14,141 nt of DNA from Chloroflexota bacterium (lineage in GTDB: Bacteria; Chloroflexota; Dehalococcoidia; UBA2979), in NCBI GenBank assembly GCA_027593235.1, contig JAQCIU010000055.1, positions 1-14,141 of the forward strand, given 5' to 3'. Shown here piece after piece: positions 1 through 7,132 of the stretch. Within the stretch, counting starts at the first letter, position 1. Every line of letters starts with the position of its first letter. The notes below the pieces were generated by a model. That model worked only from the letters and a program-made list of their open reading frames with translations. It searched no databases and was not told where the DNA came from. A program made the translations under genes and the position numbers.

Positions 1-164
1 AAGATGCCTTCGATCTGGCCCGGCGAAATGCCGGCCGCGTCGCAGACGTTGCGGATCGCCTCGATGTGCAGGTTGAGGGCGGTCGTGCCCTCTTCGATGT
101 ATCCGATCTTGTCGGATTCAGCGGCCGCGACGATCGCGGCGCTCATGGAGGGATTGCTTGGCAT
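1..164 (-). CDS. Thiolase-family protein, second tandem copy (5' part only, runs off window)
   Basis: ATG at 164 with GGAGGAG RBS (171-177, minus). Translation MPSNPSMSAAIVAAAESDKIGYIEEGTTALNLHIEAIRNVCDAAGISPGQIEGI is identical to the N-terminus of 676..1887. Confidence 0.9.
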   Translation of the reverse strand, partial: MPSNPSMSAAIVAAAESDKIGYIEEGTTALNLHIEAIRNVCDAAGISPGQIEGI

Positions 165-181
165 AGGTAGCTCCTCCGGGC

Positions 182-601
182 CTAGTCGACCACGCGCCAG
201 TAAGGCACGAAGACGTCGTCGCTGGCCTGATCGAACTCGATCTTCACCTTGGCGCCGATCTTGATCGTTTCGGGGTGCTCGGCATCGACGCCGCGCAGCG
301 CCGTGAACATCCGGTCGCCCTCTTTGAGGTCGATGTACGCGGTGGCGTACGGCGTCTCCTCGCCCCAGGGACCGAATGCGCGGTTCTGAACCGCGTAGGT
401 GTGGATGAATCCCTCACCGCTTGCCTCGAACCACTCGATCGAGGAGCTGTAGCAGTGCGGGCACATGATTCGCGGGTACCAGTGCACCCGGTTGCATGAG
501 GTGCAGCGGGGAAGCATCAGCTTCCCTTCCTTGGCACCGTCCCAGAAGGGCTGGGTCACATACGGATCCGGACTGGGGATCGGCTTGTTGTAGTCCGCCA
601 T
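182..601 (-). CDS. DUF35 Zn-ribbon/OB-fold protein (thiolase partner; ChsH2-C/PhlB/BbsA-like), copy 2, 139 aa
   Basis: PFWDGAKEGKLMLPRCTSC...YPRIMCPHC (two CxxC), SGEG, OB-fold C-terminus. ATG at 601 preceded by AGAAAGGA; this start matches the paralog, so it is preferred to the track's 658. Confidence 0.92.
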   Translation of the reverse strand: MADYNKPIPSPDPYVTQPFWDGAKEGKLMLPRCTSCNRVHWYPRIMCPHCYSSSIEWFEASGEGFIHTYAVQNRAFGPWGEETPYATAYIDLKEGDRMFTALRGVDAEHPETIKIGAKVKIEFDQASDDVFVPYWRVVD

Positions 602-623
602 TCCCGTTCCTTTCTCAGTCGCT

Positions 624-647
624 GGCGACGGCCACCCGGCCGCCGCC
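624..647 (-). terminator. GC-rich stem-loop downstream of thiolase (no U-tract; weak terminator or mRNA-stabilising hairpin)
   Basis: Minus strand GGCGGCGGCC-GGGT-GGCCGTCGCC, a 10-bp stem with one G-U pair, about 30 nt after the stop at 676. Confidence 0.35.
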
Positions 648-675
648 TGTTGTCGCAATTCAGTCCCGAGGGCGC

Positions 676-1887
676 CTAGACGTCCGAGGTCAGGACGAGC
701 GTGCCCGTCACCGACAGCAGACCGCCGGTGCCGTTGACGACCGCCGATTGGGCGCTCGTCTGCTTGCCGGGCAAGCCGTGGATGCCATCCTCGGCGGTGC
801 CGGACAGCTGCCGGTACGCCTCGATGAGCAGCATCATCCCGTACATACCGGAGTGGCTGAAGGAGAGCCCACCACCGTTGGTGTTCACCGGGAACTTGCC
901 GCCGGGGCTGGCGTTACCGTTCGCCCACAGTGACGGTCCCTCGCCGCGAGCGGTGAGGCCGAGCATCTCGGCCGTGATCCCCGCAGTGACGGTGAACGAG
1001 TCGTAGATCATCGCCATTTCCATGTCGTTCGGACCCATACCGGCCATCCGGTAGGCAGCTTCGCTCGACGCCTTCGCCGAGGTCGCCGTGAAGTCGTCCA
1101 TCTCGAGCATGTCGGCGTGGCTCTGGCTTTCACCGGCACCCGCGATCCAGACCGGTGGGGTCTTGAACGAGCGGGCCTTCTCGGCCGACGCCACGAGCAC
1201 CGCGCCACCGTGGTCGGTGACGAGGCAGATGTCGAGGATGTTCAGCGGCCAGACGATCATCCGCGAGTCGAGCACATCCTGGACGGTGATCGGGCCACCG
1301 CGCGGGTTGGTCTCCTTCGAGTGCATGACCGCGCGCGGGTTCAGCATCGCCCATTCGCGCGTGGCGACGGCGATGTTCGCGAAGTCTTCCTTCGTCGAAC
1401 CCCACTGGTGCATGTGGCGGGTGAGGGCGTGGGCGTAGTAGGACGGCGGGCCCCACGCGCCGTAGGGGCCGCCACCGAACTGCGCGCTGGGGAGCCAGGC
1501 GTCGCCGCCGCCCCCGCGCAGGGTGCCGTTGCCCTGGTTCTTGCGGGACGAGTAGCCCGCTTCACCGTGGCTGACCACCGCGATGTCAATGATGCCGGCG
1601 TTGATTGCCGCCATCGCATGGTGGACGTGCATCTGGAAGGAACAGCCACCGACGCTGGTGGTGTCGATGTACTTCGGGTGAATGCCCAGGTACTCGGCCA
1701 GCATGTTCGAGTGGTTGGTGGCGAAGATGCCTTCGATCTGGCCGGGCGAGATGCCGGCCGCGTCGCAGACGTTGCGAATCGCCTCGATGTGGAGGTTGAG
1801 GGCGGTCGTGCCCTCTTCGATGTATCCGATCTTGTCGGATTCAGCGGCCGCGACGATCGCGGCGCTCATGGATGGGTTGCTCGGCAT
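676..1887 (-). CDS. Thiolase-family protein (SCP2/Ltp2/DitF-like, non-canonical active site), 403 aa
   Basis: VGGC82SF, WAMLNPRA, PLNILDICLVTDHGGAV, IY295DSFT, NTNGGGLSFSH345SG, NGTGG. AAGGAG RBS; adjacent to DUF35. Confidence 0.92.
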   Translation of the reverse strand: MPSNPSMSAAIVAAAESDKIGYIEEGTTALNLHIEAIRNVCDAAGISPGQIEGIFATNHSNMLAEYLGIHPKYIDTTSVGGCSFQMHVHHAMAAINAGIIDIAVVSHGEAGYSSRKNQGNGTLRGGGGDAWLPSAQFGGGPYGAWGPPSYYAHALTRHMHQWGSTKEDFANIAVATREWAMLNPRAVMHSKETNPRGGPITVQDVLDSRMIVWPLNILDICLVTDHGGAVLVASAEKARSFKTPPVWIAGAGESQSHADMLEMDDFTATSAKASSEAAYRMAGMGPNDMEMAMIYDSFTVTAGITAEMLGLTARGEGPSLWANGNASPGGKFPVNTNGGGLSFSHSGMYGMMLLIEAYRQLSGTAEDGIHGLPGKQTSAQSAVVNGTGGLLSVTGTLVLTSDV

Positions 1888-2391
1888 ACGTTCGCTCCTT
1901 AGCGCCCTCGCGGTCGTCGCGGCCCGCGATGGTCGCGATCGTTCGAAGCAGGGCGGGCTAGTCGACCACGCGCCAGTAGGGCACGAAGACGTCGTCGCTG
2001 GCCTGATCGAACTCGATCTTCACTTTGGCGCCGATCTTGATCGTTTCGGGGTGCTCGGCGTCCACGCCGCGCAGCGCCGTGAACATCCGGTCGCCCTCTT
2101 TGAGGTCGATGTACGCGGTGGCGTACGGCGTCTCCTCGCCCCAGGGGCCGAATGCGCGGTTCTGTACCGCATAGGTGTGGATGTAGCCCTCGCCGCTTGC
2201 CTCGAACCACTCAATCGAGGAGCTGTAGCAATGCGGGCACATGATCCGCGGGTACCAGTGCACCCGGTTGCAGGAGGTGCAGCGGGGGAGCATCAACTTC
2301 CCCTCCTTGGCACCGTCCCAGAACGGCTGGGTCACATACGGGTCCGGGCTCGGGATGGGCTTGTTGTAGTCGGCCACTCCCGCTCCTTTCT
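1724..2391. repeat. Tandem direct-repeat unit, homologous to 1-615
   Basis: Offset 1723 in the thiolase part and 1776 in the DUF35 part; the 53-bp difference lies in the spacer. Confidence 0.95.
1958..2377 (-). CDS. DUF35 Zn-ribbon/OB-fold protein, copy 1, 139 aa
   Basis: GTG start with AAAGGAG RBS. Same CxxC...CPHC motifs; differs from 182..601 only at Y65/F65. Confidence 0.92.
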   Translation of the reverse strand: MADYNKPIPSPDPYVTQPFWDGAKEGKLMLPRCTSCNRVHWYPRIMCPHCYSSSIEWFEASGEGYIHTYAVQNRAFGPWGEETPYATAYIDLKEGDRMFTALRGVDAEHPETIKIGAKVKIEFDQASDDVFVPYWRVVD

Positions 2392-2572
2392 GATCCAGGC
2401 GGGTGCGCCCCTCGTGGGACGTCGCCCTGTGCTCGTGGACGCTGCTCGGAACCCGATTCGGAAACGGGGCCGAGGCCGTGATCGACCGCCTGGCCTCTGG
2501 GGAGCCTGCGGACCATGCGGTGCGCGAGCGGTTCCAAGGGGCCGGTTCGCGCCGAGGTCGCGACCGGGGCGC

Positions 2573-2602
2573 ACTCTAGCGGGGTGGTGATCATCGGGTC
2601 AA
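2573..2602 (-). promoter_or_regulatory. Putative sigma70-type promoter for the DUF35-thiolase cassettes
   Basis: Minus strand TTGACC (2602-2597) - N18 - TAGAGT (2578-2573). Confidence 0.5.
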
Positions 2603-2610
2603 CAACGCTG

Positions 2611-2628
2611 ACGGGCGCTTGCTCCCGT
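2611..2628. promoter_or_regulatory. Imperfect palindrome, candidate regulator site between the divergent -35 boxes
   Basis: ACGGGcGC-tt-GCtCCCGT (7 of 8 arm positions symmetric). Confidence 0.3.
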
Positions 2629-2632
2629 TTCA

Positions 2633-2661
2633 TTGAACGCCATTAGACGCCGTGCTACGTT
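2633..2661 (+). promoter_or_regulatory. Putative sigma70-type promoter of the nuo operon
   Basis: TTGAAC (2633-2638) - N17 - TACGTT (2656-2661) with extended -10 TG at 2653-2654. Confidence 0.55.
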
Positions 2662-2726
2662 CCCACCGCGTGAGCCCCTGTCCCCTCACCCGAAGGACAG
2701 CCGGGGCCTCTCCAGGAGGGCCGCGA

Positions 2727-3101
2727 GTGATCCCGGAGCAGTTCGGGCGAGTCGTCATTCTGTTGGGGGTCGCGCTCGCATTTCCGGCGCTACCCCTGTC
2801 GGTTTCCTATCTCCTCTACCGCTTCAAGATCCGCCCCGAGAACCACGATCCGATCAAGGACGCCACCTACGAGTGCGGCGTGATCGCCGAGGGTGGCTCG
2901 TGGGGCCAGTTCAACGCCCGCTACTACCTGTTCGCCCTTGGCTTCGTCATCTTCGATGTCGAGGTCGTCTTCCTCTATCCGTGGGCGGTTGTCCACGCAG
3001 AGCAGGCGGTCGAGACCCTGGTCAAGGCCGCGATCTTCATCGGCATCCTCGCCTTCGGGCTTGCCTACGCCTGGCGCCGTGGCGCCCTGGAGTGGCGCTA
3101 G
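2727..3101 (+). CDS. nuoA: NADH-quinone oxidoreductase subunit A, 124 aa
   Basis: KDATYECG, YYLFALGFVIFDVEVVFLYPWA, YAWRRGALEW. GTG at 2727 preceded by AGGAGG (2714-2719). Confidence 0.96.
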   Translation: MIPEQFGRVVILLGVALAFPALPLSVSYLLYRFKIRPENHDPIKDATYECGVIAEGGSWGQFNARYYLFALGFVIFDVEVVFLYPWAVVHAEQAVETLVKAAIFIGILAFGLAYAWRRGALEWR

Positions 3102-3691
3102 TGCCGGCCGGGCCGACGCAGCTCGCCGGACAGCGCGTCGCCGAGGCGCTGGATCGCGCCCTGCCGGGCATCGTCACCGTCTCCAACGACGAGTGGGTCG
3201 AGGTCGCTCCCGCCCGCGTCGACGAAGCGCTGCACTGGTTGCACGACTCCGAGGAGTTCGATGCCGCCCAGCTCAGCAGCCTTTGCGCGGTCGACTACCA
3301 CGATCACTTCGCCGTCGTGTACCACCTGCAGTCGCTCGATCTGAATCACCAGATCGTCCTGAAGGCACGGGTGTCGGATCACGAGGAACCCGCGCTGCCG
3401 AGCAGCTACCCCATCTACAAAGGCGCGCTGCTCCAGGAGCGCGAGGTCTATGACCTGATGGGTATCCGGTTCGAGGGGCACCCCGATCTGCGCCGGATCT
3501 TCCTCTGGGATGGCTTTCCCGGTCACCCGCTCCGCAAGGACTTCATGGGCATCGGTCAGGGCCTCACCAGCGGCTTGCGCCGCTTCCCGTTCGAGGACAA
3601 GGCGAACCCGGATCGTCAGCTCAACCGCGACAACCTGATCGGCGACGAGCAAGACGTCCCGAGCGAATGGTCGGGGACGGCGCCAGCATGA
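3101..3691 (+). CDS. nuoC: NADH-quinone oxidoreductase subunit C, 196 aa
   Basis: LSSLCAVDY, VVYHL, EREVYDLMGIRFEGHPDLRRIFL, GHPLRKDF. GTG overlaps the nuoA TAG (TAGTG). Confidence 0.94.
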   Translation: MPAGPTQLAGQRVAEALDRALPGIVTVSNDEWVEVAPARVDEALHWLHDSEEFDAAQLSSLCAVDYHDHFAVVYHLQSLDLNHQIVLKARVSDHEEPALPSSYPIYKGALLQEREVYDLMGIRFEGHPDLRRIFLWDGFPGHPLRKDFMGIGQGLTSGLRRFPFEDKANPDRQLNRDNLIGDEQDVPSEWSGTAPA

Positions 3692-4791
3692 CCACCTCCG
3701 CCGAGCCGTACGTCCTCAACATCGGGCCGCAGCACCCGTCCACGCACGGCGTGTTCCGGATCCGCGTCGTCATGGACGGCGAGCGCATCCAGGACCTGGA
3801 CATGATCGTCGGGTACCTCCATCGCTCGATGGAGAAGCTCGCCGAGGAGCGCACCTACACCCAGAACATCCCGTTCACCGATCGCGCGGACTACCTCGCT
3901 GCGATGTCGAGCAACCTCGGACTCTGCCTCGCGGCGGAGCGCCTCGCGGACGTCGAGGTGCCAGAGCGCGCCTCTTACCTCCGCGTGATCTTCGCGGAGC
4001 TGCAGCGCATCGCCAGCCACGCGATGGCGAACGGCACGCTGGTCAGTGACGCCGGCGCCTGGCAGACGCCGCTGCTCTACATGTTCCGCGAGCGCGAGAA
4101 AATCCTCGACCTCTTCGAGATGACCTGCGGCGCTCGCCTCACGACCAACTACATGCGGATCGGCGGCGTCGCCTTCGAGCCGCCACCCGAATTCTGGCCC
4201 GCGCTCGAGGAACTGGTCGATGAGCTGCCGGATCGTATTAGCGAGTACGAGGAGCTGCTGACGCAGAACGAGATCTTCGTCGCGCGCACGCGTAACGTCG
4301 GCATCATCTCGGCGGAAGACGCGATCAACGGTTCGCTGGTCGGCCCCGCGCTGCGCGGCTCCGGCGTTCCGTGGGACCTGCGCAAGGCGGAGCCGTACTG
4401 CGTCTACGATCGCATGGAGTTCGACGTGCCGATCGGCCGCACCGGTGACGTGTACGACCGCTTCATGTGCCGGCTCGCGGAGACCCGCGAGTCCACGAAG
4501 ATCATTCGCCAGGCGATCGAGGGCATCCCGGACGGCCCGCACAAGACCGACATCCCACTCGCGCTGCGCCCACCACCCGGCGAGGTCTATGGCCGCGTCG
4601 AGGGCCCGCGAGGCGAGGTCGGCTTCTACCTGGTCTCGGACGGCGGTCCGGCTCCGTACCGCTTCCACCTCCGCGCGCCGTCGCTGATCAACCTCTCGCT
4701 GCTGCGCGAACTGGCGCGTGGCGCCTCGCTGTCGGACGCCGTGGTCACCCTCGGCTCGATCGACATCGTCGTTGGTGAGATCGACCGATGA
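3688..4791 (+). CDS. nuoD: NADH-quinone oxidoreductase subunit D, about 367 aa
   Basis: NIGPQHPSTHGVFR, GYLHRSMEK, DRADY, ELQRIASH, EGPRGE, SIDIVVGEIDR; no NiFe CxxC. Start chosen at the ATGA overlap (3667 is an alternative). Confidence 0.96.
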   Translation: MTTSAEPYVLNIGPQHPSTHGVFRIRVVMDGERIQDLDMIVGYLHRSMEKLAEERTYTQNIPFTDRADYLAAMSSNLGLCLAAERLADVEVPERASYLRVIFAELQRIASHAMANGTLVSDAGAWQTPLLYMFREREKILDLFEMTCGARLTTNYMRIGGVAFEPPPEFWPALEELVDELPDRISEYEELLTQNEIFVARTRNVGIISAEDAINGSLVGPALRGSGVPWDLRKAEPYCVYDRMEFDVPIGRTGDVYDRFMCRLAETRESTKIIRQAIEGIPDGPHKTDIPLALRPPPGEVYGRVEGPRGEVGFYLVSDGGPAPYRFHLRAPSLINLSLLRELARGASLSDAVVTLGSIDIVVGEIDR

Positions 4792-6221
4792 GCGACCAGC
4801 CGGTGCCACGTCGCCCCGCCACGCCGATGGCCCAGCAGATCCTCGATCGCGGGTCGCTGCTCGACGACGCGAAGCGGCTGCCCAGCGGTGTGAAGGCCGC
4901 TGGGGCGGTGTTCGCGCTCGGCTTCCTCGCCGTGAACGTCGCGATCGCCTACATCGTGATCGATGGCCGCCTCGATGGTCACTGGTACGACTTCCGCGAC
5001 CTCGGCAATGCGATCGCGCAGCTGCGCACTGAACTCGATGACACCGGCACCGGACCGTGGCTCTCGTACTGGGTCACCGGCCTCATCGGCGGGGTGGCGA
5101 TTCTCAGCTTCCTCGGCGGATTCCTGCTGATCGGGTCCTGGATCGAGCGGCGCCTGCTGGCCCGCTTCCAGATCCGCATGGGTCCAAACCGGGTCGGCCC
5201 CTTCGGGCTGCTCCAGCCGCTGGCCGACGCGCTCAAGCTGATGCAGAAGGAGGTGCTGATCCCGATCGGCGCTGACCGCCTGCTCTTCTTCCTGCCGCCG
5301 ATCCTGGTCTTCATCCCGGCGATGCTCGCCTGGGGTCCGGTGCCGTGGGCGCCGAACATGGCCTACCTCGATATCAACGTCGGGCTGCTCTACGTCATCT
5401 CGATCACCTCGTTGTCCGTGCTCGCGATCTGGATGGCGGGCTGGTCCTCGAACAACCACTACGCGCTGCTCGGCGCGATGCGCACGGTCGCGATGATGGT
5501 CTCGTACGAGATCCCGATCAGCCTCTCGCTGCTGGTGGTGGTACTACTCACCGGTTCGTTGAACCTCAACGAGATCGTCGCCTGGCAGGGCAGCCACAAC
5601 GTGTGGATGGCGTTCCTGCTGCCGTTCTCGATGTTCACTTTCTTCTTCTCCTCGACGGCGGAGATCAACCGCACGCCGAACGACATCGCGGAGGCGGAGT
5701 CCGAAATCGTCGCCGGTTTCCACACTGAGTACTCCGGCATGAAGGCCGGGCTCTTCCTGGCGGTCGAGCTGGGCAACGCACTGCTCGTCGGTGCGCTGTT
5801 CGCCACCTTCTTCCTCGGTGGCTACACGATGTTCGGGCTCGAAGAGTGGGTCCCGCCGTACCTGATCCTCGCGGTCAAGGCGACGACGGGGTACTTCTTC
5901 TTCATCTGGCTCCGCGGCACGCTGCCACGGTTCCGCATCGACCAGCTCATGACCTTCGCCTGGAAGTACCTGATCCCGCTGTCGATCGCCAACGTCCTGA
6001 TCGTCGCCGTCGAAGCCACGATCGCGGCGCGCTGGGAAGCCGAGGGCATCGTCATCTACGGCAGCTTCGCCCTGGTCAACCTGGCGCTCACCGTCTACGC
6101 CGTTCGTGCCTGGGCGCGCGTGATTGGCTACTCCGCGGAGCTTGAACACCCCGAGGGACCGCGCACCGCCGATCGGATTGGTGGGCTCAAGGCCGCACGG
6201 CAGATCCGGACGGGCGCGTAG
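4788..6221 (+). CDS. nuoH: NADH-quinone oxidoreductase subunit H with N- and C-terminal extensions, 477 aa
   Basis: ERR...RMGPNRVGPFGLLQPLADALKLMQKE, GWSSNNHYALLGAMR, SYEIP, EAESEIVAGFHTEYSG, RGTLPRFRIDQL. ATGA overlap with nuoD. Confidence 0.96.
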   Translation: MSDQPVPRRPATPMAQQILDRGSLLDDAKRLPSGVKAAGAVFALGFLAVNVAIAYIVIDGRLDGHWYDFRDLGNAIAQLRTELDDTGTGPWLSYWVTGLIGGVAILSFLGGFLLIGSWIERRLLARFQIRMGPNRVGPFGLLQPLADALKLMQKEVLIPIGADRLLFFLPPILVFIPAMLAWGPVPWAPNMAYLDINVGLLYVISITSLSVLAIWMAGWSSNNHYALLGAMRTVAMMVSYEIPISLSLLVVVLLTGSLNLNEIVAWQGSHNVWMAFLLPFSMFTFFFSSTAEINRTPNDIAEAESEIVAGFHTEYSGMKAGLFLAVELGNALLVGALFATFFLGGYTMFGLEEWVPPYLILAVKATTGYFFFIWLRGTLPRFRIDQLMTFAWKYLIPLSIANVLIVAVEATIAARWEAEGIVIYGSFALVNLALTVYAVRAWARVIGYSAELEHPEGPRTADRIGGLKAARQIRTGA

Positions 6222-6796
6222 TGGATTCGACCGGGATCGTCATTGCCTTTTACGTGCTGTCCGCGATCACCGTGGCATCGGCGCTATCGGTCTTCGTGAT
6301 GCGCAACCTGGTCCACGCGATCGTCTTCCTGGTGATGGCGTTCATCGGCATGGCCGGGCTGTTCGTGACGCTCTCTGCCGACTTCATCGCCGTCGCACAG
6401 ATCCTGATCTACGCCGGCGCGATCTCCGTCCTGCTCGTCTTCGCGGTGATGCTCACGCCGCTCGCCTCGCGGAACAACGGCAACTCGCTCTACGTGGGGC
6501 CGGGCGCACTCCTCGGCGCGGCGATCGCCGCGATCGTGGTGTTCACCGCCGTCGACGTGCAGTGGAACGAGCTGACCGGCGCCGCTCTCGAGGCCCGCGC
6601 GTTCCCTGACACGATCGCGACGATCGGCGACCTGCTGCTCGGCCGCCACGTCCTCGCCTTCGAGGTCGCCTCGGTGCTGTTGCTCTTCGCGCTGCTCGGC
6701 GCGATCGTGCTGGTCACCGACCGTGGCGCCGCCGAGACCTCCGAGGACGCCGAAGACCCGGCGGCCGCCGGCGTCACGACGGAGGAGGCGCGATGA
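6221..6796 (+). CDS. nuoJ: NADH-quinone oxidoreductase subunit J, 191 aa
   Basis: RNLVHA, ADFIAVAQILIYAGAISVLLVFAVML, FEVASVLLL. GTG overlaps the nuoH TAG. Confidence 0.95.
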   Translation: MDSTGIVIAFYVLSAITVASALSVFVMRNLVHAIVFLVMAFIGMAGLFVTLSADFIAVAQILIYAGAISVLLVFAVMLTPLASRNNGNSLYVGPGALLGAAIAAIVVFTAVDVQWNELTGAALEARAFPDTIATIGDLLLGRHVLAFEVASVLLLFALLGAIVLVTDRGAAETSEDAEDPAAAGVTTEEAR

Positions 6797-7119
6797 CCGT
6801 CACCCTCGCGCACTACCTCGTGGTTTCAGGCCTGATCTTCGGCATCGGTGTCGCGATCGCGCTCTCAAAGCGCAACGTCGTCGCGGTGCTGATGGGCGTC
6901 GAGTTGATGCTGAACGCCTCGAACCTGGCGTTCCTCGCCTTCTCGCGCTTCAGCGGCGCCTTCCAGGAGGGAACCGAACCCCTCGCCGGACACACCTTCG
7001 TCGTCTTTGTACTGACCGTCGCCGCCGCGGAAGCCGCGGTCGCGCTTGCGATGGCCGTGCTCATCTATCGCCATCGTGAAACCGTCGATCTCGATCGAAT
7101 CAGCGTGCTGCGATGGTGA
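6793..7119 (+). CDS. nuoK: NADH-quinone oxidoreductase subunit K, 108 aa
   Basis: LMGVELMLNA and VAAAEAAVALA carry both conserved Glu residues; ATGA overlap. Confidence 0.96.
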   Translation: MTVTLAHYLVVSGLIFGIGVAIALSKRNVVAVLMGVELMLNASNLAFLAFSRFSGAFQEGTEPLAGHTFVVFVLTVAAAEAAVALAMAVLIYRHRETVDLDRISVLRW

Positions 7120-7132
7120 TCGGGGCAACGCG

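Larger units (their letters stand above)
1..615. repeat. Tandem direct-repeat unit (partial), homologous to 1724-2391
   Basis: Manual alignment: 1-164 vs 1724-1887 about 7 mismatches; 182-601 vs 1958-2377 about 24 mismatches; 602-615 vs 2378-2391 13/14 identical. Confidence 0.95.

Noticed and set aside
602-658. 19-aa N-terminal extension of the left DUF35 copy
   Set aside because: The RBS and the paralog alignment place the start at 601.
2633-3100. N-terminal half of the 352-aa ORF as a NuoB-NuoC fusion or hidden nuoB
   Set aside because: It overlaps nuoA out of frame, is Arg/Pro-rich shadow sequence, and has no NuoB CCxxE or GCPP motifs. NuoC homology starts only after 3101.
3667-4791. Group 4 [NiFe]-hydrogenase large subunit
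   Set aside because: No N- or C-terminal CxxC nickel ligands; it has the NuoD motifs GPQHPSTHG and GEIDR.
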